Positions 1-11,284 of a DNA stretch of 54,866 nt are shown here, piece after piece. Position numbers and translations under genes: made by a program. The stretch is from contig NC_069008.1 of assembly GCF_001194135.2 (NCBI RefSeq), positions 12,010,678 through 12,065,543 of the forward strand, written 5' to 3'. This DNA comes from Octopus bimaculoides. Its lineage: Eukaryota. The first letter of the stretch is position 1. Every line of letters starts with the position of its first letter. Below the pieces are notes generated by a model that saw only the letters and a list, made by a program, of their open reading frames with translations, did no database searches and was not told the origin of the DNA.

Positions 1-24
1 ATATATATATATATATATATATAT
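1..24. repeat. (AT)n microsatellite
   Basis: Direct reading. Confidence 0.95.
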
Positions 25-1066
25 AGTCCAGAAACTTAAAGGGAGGTAATAAATTTGGTAAAAATCTATTACCACGTTTCATTCACAAATTTTGTTGTAT
101 ATTTCTATTATGATGTCATAGTTAGTTACCAATTTTCCTTAAGTCCTGACTTTTTCTTCATATTATCCATACTTTGGCAGACACCAACACTGGATTTATA
201 GATACCCACTTGTCTATAAACAACACACCATTGAATTATTTTCCCGACTTGTCTTTTAATCTTTTTGTAAGAGCGGGCAGAGCTGCACCTATATGTTTAA
301 GGGTTTCTGAGATTTCTTTGAGGCAGTAAATTATCGTTAAACTATAGAACTCAAATTTTTTAATTTCAAATCTGAAATCTCAATGGTGGTTGGTGTCATA
401 ACATAATTGCAAAGTATTTAGTTTGTGTCATTTAACTGTATAGGCTCTTAACAAGGCTCTTTCAGTGCAGAAAACCTGGGAGTTCCAACAAGAAACCAAC
501 AGTTTTGCAACAAATTTGTATGGAAAGGAAATATAGAATTTATTCTGTAATATTATAGGTGGAATATTTCCTCTGAATTAACAGAACATTTTTGCTTTAT
601 TTTGCTTCAATCTGTGTGTGTGCATGTTTAAGATAACACAGCTGGGCCTATTTTGACAGCACACACAGATGAAGATGGCTTATTTTCATGTCCACCTTTT
701 GGTTCCAATATAATACCCACATGATTCCTTTCCTTCCAAATCTGTTTTTTTCTAAAGTGATGATGAGCTCTCTGTGGTGTGCTTGGTCAAATGCTTCAGC
801 ATCATTTACGAATCAATTTTCTTACATTTATTTGCAAAAGCAATTTATTTGCTTTTGTGTTGGAATGTTGAATCATAATATGACATCTCTTGTACCTCTG
901 TTGACCTTAAATCCAAATTGCTCTTCACCAACTTCTGCATGAATTTTTCTATTTCTATTCATTCTTCCTAGTATGGCTCTTAGAAATATTTTGAGAGCAT
1001 GAGACTAATAGTACTATTTCAGAGCTCTCATTGATTTTAGGTTTTCTTGGAAAGGTGATAAATAAC

Positions 1067-1260
1067 CATCATCATCATCATCATCGTATGTCTGTTCTCC
1101 ATGCTGATATGGGTTGGATGGTTTGACAGGAGCTGCCCAGCTTTGAAGCTGCCCAGGTTTCATTTTGTCTGTTTTGGATGCCCTTCTGACAGCCAACCAC
1201 TTTACACAAAGTGGTGGGTGCTTTTAAAGTGGCACCAGTACAGGGGCTTTTACATGGCAT
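1067..1260 (-). mobile_element. (GAT)n-tailed retroposon (RTE-related 3' end / SINE family E)
   Basis: Reverse complement matches the copies at 9590-9852, 9955-10211 and 21389-21897 (ggtgcc...aaaagcacc, aaaccatccaacccat..cagcatgg, (gat)n tail). Confidence 0.8.
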
Positions 1261-2964
1261 ATGATTAAAAAGGTCAGTGAGTTTGACAATTCTATAACTT
1301 TCTATTACTTCAAACATCTCAAATGTTATTGTATGTGAAATAGGCAGGAAATCTTCCACAGATCTGGTCTTGTTATCCTCAATTGTAGTCAAAATAGAGG
1401 AAAAAATCCAGTGATCCGTCGGTACTGATTTCCACAGAGTTGGTATTAGTAGATAACAATAGTCACCGTTTTTCAACCTTGTGAGTGAATGACATTCTTT
1501 ATTGATATATCAAAGGATTGCCAAAGCTCGTTTTATCATGAAATATGTGGGAATCATTTATCTCAAATAAGCTATTTAAAAGTGCAGGGACCTTGCTTGG
1601 TCCTGCCTGAAATTCAAAACCAAATCCACTGGCTTGTTGCTTGTCAAGCAAGTATGAAATCCCTTTGTCTTTGCATCTCCACACTGGATGATTAATGGAA
1701 ACACTTGACCTAAGACCTTTTTGCTGGTCACTGAAGGGTCAGTTCTTTGTTTAAGATTTGACCTACATCCTGAACATAGACTATATAACACAGAGTATTT
1801 CTTTCTCTGATCTCTTCTGTCAACCCAACTGGCATGGAACATGTTTGTGTCAGCCATGAACAGAAGCAAATCTTCTTCTTGTCCTTCAGTTGTCATTCAA
1901 AGAGCAGCTTTGAGGGACAATGCCACCTTTATCCTTTCTTCCTCTCTGTCAGCATAGTGTAATCTTTACTCTTTCTCTCACTACCAGCAGAATGCATAAC
2001 TACCAACCAGCGAGTGAAACTTTAACACTCTCAGCTATGTACAATTACTGCTGTCTTACTAACAACTGCAGGCAAATAAATCTGTAAATATTATTGTATT
2101 CTTCAATGTTTATCGTCATTTGGTGTCTCTTATGTGAGAACCTTACATCTTCACTTCAACAGTAGTTACATCTACACACTACAAAAGCGCACAAACAAAT
2201 ACACAAATATTTGTTTATTGATCACTGTAGGGAAATCTGGATTAGTTGTAAAGTCAAAAGCGAAAAGCGACTTAAATTACTATAGGTGTGTATTTCAGTT
2301 CTATGCTACAAAGGCTGTTTGACTGGACTTTTTACTGTTTTGAATTGAGTTGGCTCCTTCTTGCTGTTTATGCACATCTATTTATTCCACACATAAATAT
2401 GTTGATTCAATGTAATTTTCATATTGCTTCATATTTCTAACTTTTCTAGAAAAAACAAAATGAAATTATTAGTTTTGAATGGAATATAAACCAAAATGGT
2501 GGAGTTTCATCTCAGTGTTTATAATCGAGAAGGCCTATGGTGAAACATATTCCAGTATTGACTATTCTAAAAATATAAAAATAAAAGGGCTCCAGATAAT
2601 GGATAATCTGAATCTGATAACACTGGACAACAAAGATTTTGCTACTGGAGTGAAAGCTTGTGTTTCAGACTAAATTGAGGATTCTGAATCTGCACTCAGA
2701 ATTGTTCTAGCACGTCAGGATTTTGAGTGATGTGCAAAATTATAACTATACTTTCGGCTAGATATAGGCCATATTATAAAATATGCTAAAATGAAAAGAG
2801 TCTTAATCCAAAATTAAAGAAATGGATGAGAAAGTTCATTATTTAGTTTAGCACCAAATACGTCAGTTTGTTCTTGGCAACTCAGTGTCATTTGCACTGC
2901 CGTCACATGTAGTATGTATATCTCTCGCTCAGCATGATTAGTTTTAACTGTTCTCATTGTGTTA

Positions 2965-4207
2965 GATCATAACTTTTGTTATGTCTGTTAGTAATTTGTT
3001 GTGCGTGACCAGCAGAAGAACATTGCCACTAAATTAAAAACTGCCTATAAATATTATTTCGGGTTTAAAGCTGGGCACCAAGACAAGAGGTGGTTACCTC
3101 ATATATGCTGCTCCGTGTATTACTCAGGGGTTACACAGTAGCTGAATGGAAAATGGAAGGGAATTCCTTTTCCTGTACGGATGGTATGGCGTGAGTAACC
3201 AATCATGTCTCTGATTGTTACTTTTTGCATAACTAATATTGGTGGTTTCTCAAAGAAAACTAAAGCAAAAATTGTGTATGCAGATTGTAAGTCGGCTCTA
3301 AAACCGGTCCCACATGACATCGAGAACCCTGTTCCAGTTTCCCTCTCACATGATTCACTTGAAGACCTTGACACCCACCACCCTGATTCTCCTATCGACG
3401 AAGAGTACGTAGTTGATTCTAAGAAAAATGAGCCACGCTTGTTTAATGAAGAAGATTTGGTCAAACTAAAGGGTTTGACCCCGTGGGAAATAAAAAAATT
3501 AAATATTCTAATAGGTGTAAAACAACTTGCTGCGAACGAATATGAAGAAAAAAACGCTCGTTCGCGAACGNNNNNNNNNNNNNNNNNNNNNNNNNNNNNN
3601 NNNNNNNNNNNNNNNNNNNNNNNNNNNNNNNNNNNNNNNNNNNNNNNNNNNNNNNNNNNNNNNNNNNNNNNNNNNNNNNNNNNNNNNNNNNNNNNNNNNN
3701 NNNNNNNNNNNNNNNNNNNNNNNNNNNNNNNNNNNNNNNNNNNNNNNNNNNNNNNNNNNNNNNNNNNNNNNNNNNNNNNNNNNNNNNNNNNNNNNNNNNN
3801 NNNNNNNNNNNNNNNNNNNNNNNNNNNNNNNNCTGGGAACGAATATGCGTGTGTGTGTGTGTGTGTCTGTGAGTGTGTGTGATATGTGACGATGTGAATG
3901 TTCCGAGTCCTCTCCCCACCCCACCTTTCGCGGGAGCCCATTTTTTTTTTTTTTCATATTCGTTCAGAGCAAGTAGTTTTACATCTATTGCACTATTTTT
4001 CTTTTGTTTCTTTGCTCCGGTGAGGCGTCTCGGAACATTCAGGATGCGAATGTTCCGAGGCCTCCCCCCGTTCGCGAGCGCGCGTTTTTTTTCTTCATAT
4101 TCGTTCGCAGCAAGTTGTTTTACACCTATTAGAATATTTAATTTTTTTATTTCCCTCCGGGTCAAACCCTTTAGTTTGACCGAAGATTTGAACGATTTAG
4201 TAAGAGA
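2965..4207 (+). mobile_element. Chapaev3-like (CMC superfamily) DNA transposase, N-terminal pseudogene fragment, interrupted at 3459-4181
   Basis: Translation across stops and frameshifts gives NFCYVC..QQKNIATKLKTAYKYYFGFKAGHQDKRWLPHICC..LNGKWKGIPFPVRMVWRE..NHVSDCYF-CITNIGGFSKKTKAKIVYADCKSALKPVPH..EPRLFNEEDL|NDLVRD. This follows the Chapaev3 N-terminal Cys-rich pattern (FCYICG, YFG..GDQDK.W.PH.CC, PF.VPM.WREP.NH..DCYFC, SA.KPVPH, ..LNDLVRD). Confidence 0.8.
3459..4181. mobile_element. Non-autonomous foldback-type DNA transposon, >=112-bp TIRs, 8-bp TSD GAAGATTT
   Basis: 3459-3570 and the reverse complement of 4070-4181 differ at about 4 of 112 nt. GAAGATTT is at 3451-3458 and 4182-4189. Removing the element and one TSD restores the Chapaev frame EEDLND. 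Contains a 262-N gap. Confidence 0.85.
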
Positions 4208-5343
4208 CAGCATTATAATTAATAGTTCATCTGGATTTGTGAGTAACATTTTAAAATCGAGCACACAAATTCCTGTCATTTTGTTTTATTCATTTACTTA
4301 TTTCGGATCTTTTCTGTGAAAAGTCTAATTCTTCTTTTGTATATTTAGAACTACACTGTCGTATGCGTTCTCTTTTTTTTTTTAAGACAGAAGTTGTAGT
4401 TTGAGGGTAATTTATCTGTTATTTCTAGCAGGTTACACAACCATGTAGAGGATCCTTTGTTGATATAAAATAGTTATTATACTGGATGATTTTTTTTTTA
4501 TATTCCTTATGTATTAAATTGCGTTAGGAACGTTTAGCATATGACACCGGTGTCATTCATACAGGGAAAAATTATCAATGACACCGTCTGTCCCGTATGT
4601 TTATAATTAGTTCAATTAATCTAAAAATGGATTTTGTTATTATCTCATGTTAACGTGTAAACGTTAATATTTGAGACTAACATAGTAACCTACATGTTTC
4701 AGAGTCGATGCCCAATCACCTTTATTTTAAAACATTTCCTTTCATTACAAACTACGTTACGTTGTGAAGTGATTGTTCTCTATTTTGCAAAGGAAAAAGA
4801 TTTTAATGACCAACAAACGGAATGAATCTACTTTCTGAAGTTTTCTTGATTTTCAGTTGGCCTTCGGTTGGGAAGGACGTATTATTTAGATTAGCATCAT
4901 TGTAAACTTAATTACTCTCCACACTAAACAAACGTAATTTATCAAGACTACACACACGCACACATTTTCTTTCTCTGGCTTTGGTTAGTATGTTTTTGCT
5001 TTATAGTTGTTCCTATCATTCATTCTGTTACAACATGTAGTTGTAGAAATGTCGATTTTGTCCGAATGTCTGCTAACAGTTATTTACGAACTCTCTTCAT
5101 TTGTTGTAACCTACATGATAACATCCATTTACCACATCCACATTTCTTAACGTAGAAATAGAAGTCGTTTTGTTAACAATGTGTGGTGCCACATGGAGAA
5201 AACTCGGTATGTAACAGGCATTCTAGTAAGTATGAAATATATCTACATTGCATATTTTCCACACATGTAAATAGAGATCTATGATATCCAAACCAAGAAA
5301 CTGAACCATAACAGATTATACTCGCAGACATTTCTCAGTTCTT

Positions 5344-6786
5344 ATGTGTTTCTTGAAAATGAATATGGAGAACGTTAATCACTTGGACACTGCGAACACA
5401 GCGGGTTTTAACGACACAGTTACAGTTACACAGATAGACAGAGATGAGAGACCTCTTCATATTGAAACAGTCATTAAACAAAGATCATTAGAGAGAAATA
5501 GTTCTGATTATCGCTGTGAGATTCGTAGGAAAACATTCTCTTCGGAACACGAAGTATTTCGGCATAAAGTAATACACTATAGGGAAAAACTTTTCCAGTG
5601 TGAAGTATGCGGAAAATCTTTTGTGTTTAACAGTAAATTAGCAAGTCATAAGAGAATGCACACAGGAGAAAAACCTTACGAGTGTGCAATATGTGGGAAA
5701 TCTTTCTTTTATAATTCTCATCTTGTTACCCACAAACGTACTCACACAGGAGAAAAACCTTTTCATTGTGAAATGTGTGGAAAGTACTTTGTTTCTAACA
5801 GTAATTTAACACAACACAAAATAACACACACTGGAGAAAAACTCTATCATTGTGAAATATGTGGTAAATCTTACACTCAGAATTCTACACTTACAGTCCA
5901 CAAACGTAGTCACACGGGAGAAACTCCTTTCCATTGTGAAATATGTGGAAAGTCTTTTGTCTCCAGTGGTGATTTAAACGGACACAAAAGGACACACTCT
6001 GCAGAAAAACCTTTTCACTGTGAAATCTGTAATAAATCCTTTACACGGAACTCTAGTCTTATTTGTCACAGTCGAAGTCATTCTGGAGAGAAACCCTTCC
6101 AATGTGAGATATGTGGGAAATCGTTCATTCGAAATTCTCATTTTGTCCATCACAAAAGAAGTCACACAGGAGAAAAACCATATCGTTGTGAAATATGTGG
6201 GAAATCGTTCATTAATAATTCTTGCCTTGTAATTCACATACGTAGTCACACCGGAGAGAAACCGTTTCGTTGTGAATTGTGTGGAAAATCTTTCATTAAA
6301 AAATCCTGTCTTGTTGTTCATAAACGCGGCCACAACGGAGAAAAACCCTATCAGTGTGAAATATGTGGAAAATCTTTCGTTAAAAATTCTAGTCATGTAG
6401 ATCACAAAATAATTCACACTGGAGAAAGACCCTATCATTGTGAAATATGTGGTAAATCTTTTACTCATAACTCTCATCTTGTTGTTCATGTTCGTACTCA
6501 TACTGGAGAAAAACCTTATCATTGTGATATCTGTGGGAAATCGTTCGTCAATAATTCTAATCTTGTCGTTCACAAACGTAGTCACACTGGAGAGAAACCG
6601 TATCATTGTGAAATTTGTGGGAAATTTTTCACTGGGAATTCATGTCTTGTTGTTCATAAACGTACCCACACTGGAGAAAAACCTTTTCATTGTGAAATAT
6701 GTGGAAAATCATTTGTCTGTAATAGTCACTTAAAATCACACAAACAAATGCACACAGGAAGGAAGCCTGCTAACTGTGAACAGTGA
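5344..6786 (+). CDS. Tandem C2H2 zinc-finger protein (ZNF-1): 14 intact fingers plus 1 degenerate N-terminal finger, no KRAB/BTB/SCAN-like domain seen
   Basis: Uninterrupted 480-aa ORF with 14 C-x2-C-x12-H-x3-H units and TGEKP-type linkers. Candidate splice acceptor tttctcAG at 5337-5338. The true start is uncertain (5344, 5359, 5365 or an upstream exon). Confidence 0.92.
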   Translation: MCFLKMNMENVNHLDTANTAGFNDTVTVTQIDRDERPLHIETVIKQRSLERNSSDYRCEIRRKTFSSEHEVFRHKVIHYREKLFQCEVCGKSFVFNSKLASHKRMHTGEKPYECAICGKSFFYNSHLVTHKRTHTGEKPFHCEMCGKYFVSNSNLTQHKITHTGEKLYHCEICGKSYTQNSTLTVHKRSHTGETPFHCEICGKSFVSSGDLNGHKRTHSAEKPFHCEICNKSFTRNSSLICHSRSHSGEKPFQCEICGKSFIRNSHFVHHKRSHTGEKPYRCEICGKSFINNSCLVIHIRSHTGEKPFRCELCGKSFIKKSCLVVHKRGHNGEKPYQCEICGKSFVKNSSHVDHKIIHTGERPYHCEICGKSFTHNSHLVVHVRTHTGEKPYHCDICGKSFVNNSNLVVHKRSHTGEKPYHCEICGKFFTGNSCLVVHKRTHTGEKPFHCEICGKSFVCNSHLKSHKQMHTGRKPANCEQ

Positions 6787-7585
6787 AAAAAAAATTGCGT
6801 GTGATTTAACTGTTATTTTAAGCACATCACGACCATCTGATACGTTCCTCATTTCATTGTCTCTCTGACATGTATTGATGTTTTACATTATTTTTCTCCC
6901 CGTAAACACATTTAATGGAATGATGATGCACCCAAAGCTGTCCCATTGCTGGGATCTTAGTAAAGGATTTGGACTGTATTTTAAAAAAAGAATGGAACTT
7001 TTAGGATTTATTAGGTGGGGGTGGGATTAAAAAGTTTTTTTAAATGTTCTTTCATAATTGTATAAATTTCTGTGTGTAAAATACAAATTTGCAAAGGTTT
7101 ACAGAAAATTTTAAAAAATTAAAAAGTGATGAGGAGTTATTGAGAATATTTAAATCAGAATTCTGCTGGACATCATGGGGAAGTATTTTGGAAATCATTC
7201 TCATTGAGTTCTGTTGTGGTCTGTGTATGTGCTTGCATTTCAGAGAAATCCTTTTACCAAAGTACAGCAATACTTTGATATATGAGTTAATTTGTTCCTA
7301 GAGACCACTCATAATGCGAAAACACGTAAAGCAGAGCAATAATTTCCCATAATAGCAATGTTATATATTGTAATTCATTCCCAGAAAAATATTTTACCTA
7401 TAAAATTTATAAAACTCATAAAGAAATGGCAATAAAACAACAGTAGAATGTAAAGAATATTTTATGTAAAGTAAAAAGAATGTCAAGATCATTTATAATA
7501 AAAAAATATTATGTTTTCTGAATTACATTCACTCACACATACTATCATTTGTAGAAGCGATCACCAAGCACTTGTAGATCGACTT

Positions 7586-7968
7586 ACTCTTTTACTTGTT
7601 TCAGTCATTTGACTGCGGCCATGCTGGAGCACCCCCTTTTAGTTGAGCAAATCGACCCCAGGAATTATTCTTTGGAAGCGTAGTACTTATTCTATCAGTC
7701 TCTTTTGCCGAACCGCCAAGTTACGGGGACGTAAACACACCAGCATCGGTTGTCAAGCGATGTTGGGGGACAAACACAGACACAAACATATATATACATA
7801 TATACGACGGGCTTCTTTCAGTTTCCGTCTACCAAATCCACTCACAAGGCTTTGGTCGGCCCGAGGCCATAGTAGAAGACACTCGCCCAAGGTGCCACGC
7901 AGTGGGAATGAACCCGGAACCATGTGGTTGGTAAGCAAGCTACTTACCACACAGCCACTCTTGCGCCT
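7586..7968 (-). mobile_element. tRNA-derived SINE, family A (internal TA/CA microsatellite), full length
   Basis: The minus strand begins aggcgcaagagtggctgtgtggtaag (A-box-like) and has ggttcattcc (B-box-like). Colinear with 36735-37140 and 27375-27766. Confidence 0.85.
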
Positions 7969-8327
7969 ATAGATTTCTTTTTAAAAAAAAAAACATGTCT
8001 AGAGTTGTTTGCTTAGAAGTATTTTTTTAATCTCTCCATAAATTTCTCAGTAACACACAGAAGCAAAGGTTTCTGCTACCAGAGTAGTAGAAACTTTTAT
8101 ACTTCATTCAAAATTTGGATCTTGTGACTGAAAAATAAAACTTGTAAAATGGGTCTTTGTAAAGAGAGATATTACTGTATTGATGAATTGTGAATTAAGT
8201 GCTGACAAATAAATAAACACTGGATAAAAGTTATATCATTGGCATATGTGTAGGACATCATTCAGTGTGAATTAAGTTTACATTTGCAATCCACAGCTGA
8301 ATATAGACTGGAGGAAAAATTATACAT

Positions 8328-8372
8328 GGGTGCAGGTGTGGCTGTGTGGTAAGAAGCTTGCTTCCACGCATG
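8328..8372 (+). mobile_element. SINE family A head fragment
   Basis: ggtgcaggtgtggctgtgtggtaagaagcttgcttcc matches the family A 5' end. Confidence 0.65.
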
Positions 8373-8670
8373 TGTCGATCTATTCGCTGTGTTGATTTTT
8401 GATGAGACAGACGGAATTTTTTGAGCTGCCTGGTGGTGGTTTGTCGGTGAGTGTTGTACCAGTGGAAAGGAATGTATTCGGACCTTAGCGAGTGTGAGCT
8501 GTCCTCAGCAGACAAGGAGCTCATTAAGGCGGTAAACAGAATGGACGAGCATTTAGAAAGAGTAAAGAGTTTTGCTGAGGCATCATGTGATGGTTGTAAA
8601 TGAGCAACACTGTCATACATGCATATTTATTGTTATGTATTTTTTCATAGAATAAATTCTGGTGGTCTTT

Positions 8671-8950
8671 GACAGAGCACTAGTGTATTGAGAGAAAAGT
8701 TAGGTGTAAGAGGAATGAGATGTGGTGTGCAAGAGAGAAGACTGCATTGGTTTGGTCATGTGATGTGTATGGATGTGGACAGTTGCATAAAGAAGTGCCA
8801 ATCACTTAATGTGGATGGGACTTGTTGAAGAGGGAGACTCAGGAAGACAGGATAAAGTGTTGAAGGCCGATCTTAAGCAGCTGAGCTCTACAGAAATGAG
8901 AAAAGACCAAGACATCTGGCACCTTGCTCTACTCAAGAAGACCCATTCAC
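8671..8950 (+). mobile_element. RTE-clade LINE, ORF2 C-terminal fragment (decayed)
   Basis: Translates STSVLREKLGVRGMRCGVQERRLHWFGHVMCMDVDSCIKKC..GRLRKT (RL.W.GHV.RM motif). Homologous to 30955-31130. Confidence 0.8.
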
Positions 8951-9589
8951 CACAGCAGAATTGATATTCTAAATCACCTTGGTTAATGCTTGTCTGTGAA
9001 GGGCTCTGCCCCACGCTCACCTGCATCCTCTCTGCTCTGTTAACCATTTCCCCCTGCCATTCATCCTCTAACACCCATCACTTCCTACACCCCCTGGCTT
9101 TCTCAGTTACCTTTCTTCCCCTACTTCTATCTCCCATTGTCTTCTCCCTGCCTACTGTCTTACCAATCACTTCCTTTCTGCACCTTCTCTACCCTCCCTG
9201 TGCTGTTCTCCATCATTAACAGCTTGCTTACCTGCTATCCCCAACAATGCCCTTACATATCTACCACAATCCAAGCCCACAGAGCCTTTCCTATATTTCT
9301 CACCACAATTTGCTACAATTACCATACCCCTGTTCACTCACCCAGCTCAAGCCTCTCTATCACGTCACCAATTCTTACTACCCCCAGTGCCCCTTGAGAG
9401 CATGCCCCAACATTTCTTCGCCATCATCTCTCACTATTGCTCTCTAACTCACTCTCCTTTTTTTTCCAACTGGGCTATCCATGTATATACTCTACAATAA
9501 GACACCCATATCTGTTCTTCTTTAATATCACATCAACTGACACAAAGCCACTTAGACCTAACCCTACTTCCAGTCAAAGTGCTTTTGCC

Positions 9590-9852
9590 TTGCAAAGTAC
9601 TTGGTGACCCTGTTGGAGCTGGTGCTATGTAAAAAGCACTGATGCTAGTGTCATATAAAATACACTAGTGTTGGTGCCACATAAAAAGCACTCAGTACAT
9701 TTTGTCAAGTGGTTGGCATTAGGGAGGGCATTCAGCTGTAGAAATCATGTCAAAACAGACAATGGAACCTGATGCAATTCCCAACCTTGTTGGCTCCTAT
9801 CAAACCATCCAACCAATGTTAACATAGAAAACAGACATAAACTAATGATGAT
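9590..9852 (+). mobile_element. (GAT)n-tailed retroposon family E, preceded by a pyrimidine-rich 5' extension (about 8990-9590)
   Basis: Matches the other family E copies and ends in aatgatgat. Confidence 0.75.
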
Positions 9853-9954
9853 TGGTAAAAAGCAAGACATGATACTTAATTTTTGTTAATTAAATTAATT
9901 TTCTTGTCCCCTACATCCCTCTTCAGTTGAGAAATCCTAATCTTGTGGGATGTA

Positions 9955-10211
9955 GGTGCTGGTGCTATAGAAAGCGTCTGTACCAGTGCCATGTAAAAGC
10001 ACCTGTACTGGTGCTGTGTAAAAGCACCCAGTACACTCTGTAGAGTGGTTGGTTTTAGGAAGGGCATAAAGCCATAGAAACCATGCTAAAACAGACATGG
10101 AGTCCAGGCAGCTCTTCAGCTGGCCAGCTCCTGTCAAACCGTCCAACCCATACCAGCATGGAAGACAGATGTTGAATGAAGATAATGATGATAATGATGA
10201 TGATGATGATG
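9955..10211 (+). mobile_element. (GAT)n-tailed retroposon family E, second tandem copy
   Basis: Three gtgc..aaaag modules, ggttggttttaggaagggcat, and a (gat)n tail at 10188-10211. Confidence 0.8.
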
Positions 10212-10299
10212 AATATCAATGAGGTGAAGGAAAGAATTATTTTAGTTGACATGAATTAAGTTATACAGTTGCTGTACTTGTTTGCTATCATCCGAATAT

Positions 10300-10565
10300 T
10301 GACACTGACATGGTTATTGATCTGCATGGATGCCTATATGTGTAGTTAAGTGACTGCTTGCAGAGAATGAATCATCATAGATATCACAGCGATACAGTTT
10401 CTATATTGCATGAATTTGTATGTATGCAGATTTGTATGTTTTGTTTTATATGAATGATTATACCACAGATGTTGCAGCGGTATGGTTTTCTCTCCAGTGT
10501 GAATCTGTTTATAAGAAGTCAAAATATTTATATAGAGAATGTTATGCAACAGTGATATGGTTTGT
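10300..10565 (-). pseudogene. Decayed C2H2 zinc-finger array (about 3 fingers)
   Basis: The minus strand with frameshifts reads KPYHC..TFS / KQIHTGEK / PYRCNICG / YRCDIYDDSFSASSHLTTHIGIHADQ*PCQC. Confidence 0.8.
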
Positions 10566-11086
10566 ACAGCTAACAGCTACCAAACACCTAAACCAGGGTT
10601 GAAAATCAAATCCATATTTAACTAACAAGTACTCAGCCTATTATTTTATCCTGTTACACTAAAAAGTTTATGAGAATAAGCTGACTTCTTGATCTTTCTC
10701 AAGGTACTCATTGGTCAAAGCTGATAAGAGAGAAGAAATCCTTTGGTTTTACTTAATTTAGTTACAAAGAATATAAATTCACGAAACCAAATAGCTCTCT
10801 TTCTCTTTGGGTTGACCAGTCTCTGGTCAAAGAGCAACTCTTTCAGTATGCTGATCAATGTATGAAAGTAGATTTATCCTCATCTCTACTTACCTACAGT
10901 TTATTACTCTGTCTCTCTTTAGTAATGACTCACAGATGAAGCTAGCTACCATACACAATGAACATAGAACTAGAGACAATCTATTTACTACAACAAACAA
11001 GCTGTGTCTACAAACTATCGAAAAAGTTGTATTTTCGGTATTATAATGACTAACATAATAATCAAATTAATAAATGATCATCAATA

Positions 11087-11251
11087 GACACAGGAGTGGC
11101 TATGTGGTTAGTAGCTTGCTTACCAACCACATGGTTCTGGGTTCAGTCCCACTGCGTGGCACCTTAGGCAAGTGTCTTCTACTATAGCCTCGGGCCGACC
11201 AGAGCCATGTGAGAGGATTTGGTAGACGGAAACTGAAGGAAGCCTGTTGTA

Positions 11252-11284
<33 letters not shown>

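Noticed and set aside
1081-1896. Overlapping minus-strand ORFs of 60-130 aa
   Set aside because: No recognisable motif in any frame. They could be a decayed transposon but cannot be supported.
5974-6606. Antisense ORFs over the ZNF arrays (also 15874-16083, 28870-29141) and alternate-frame ORFs
   Set aside because: These are shadows of the repetitive finger codon pattern.
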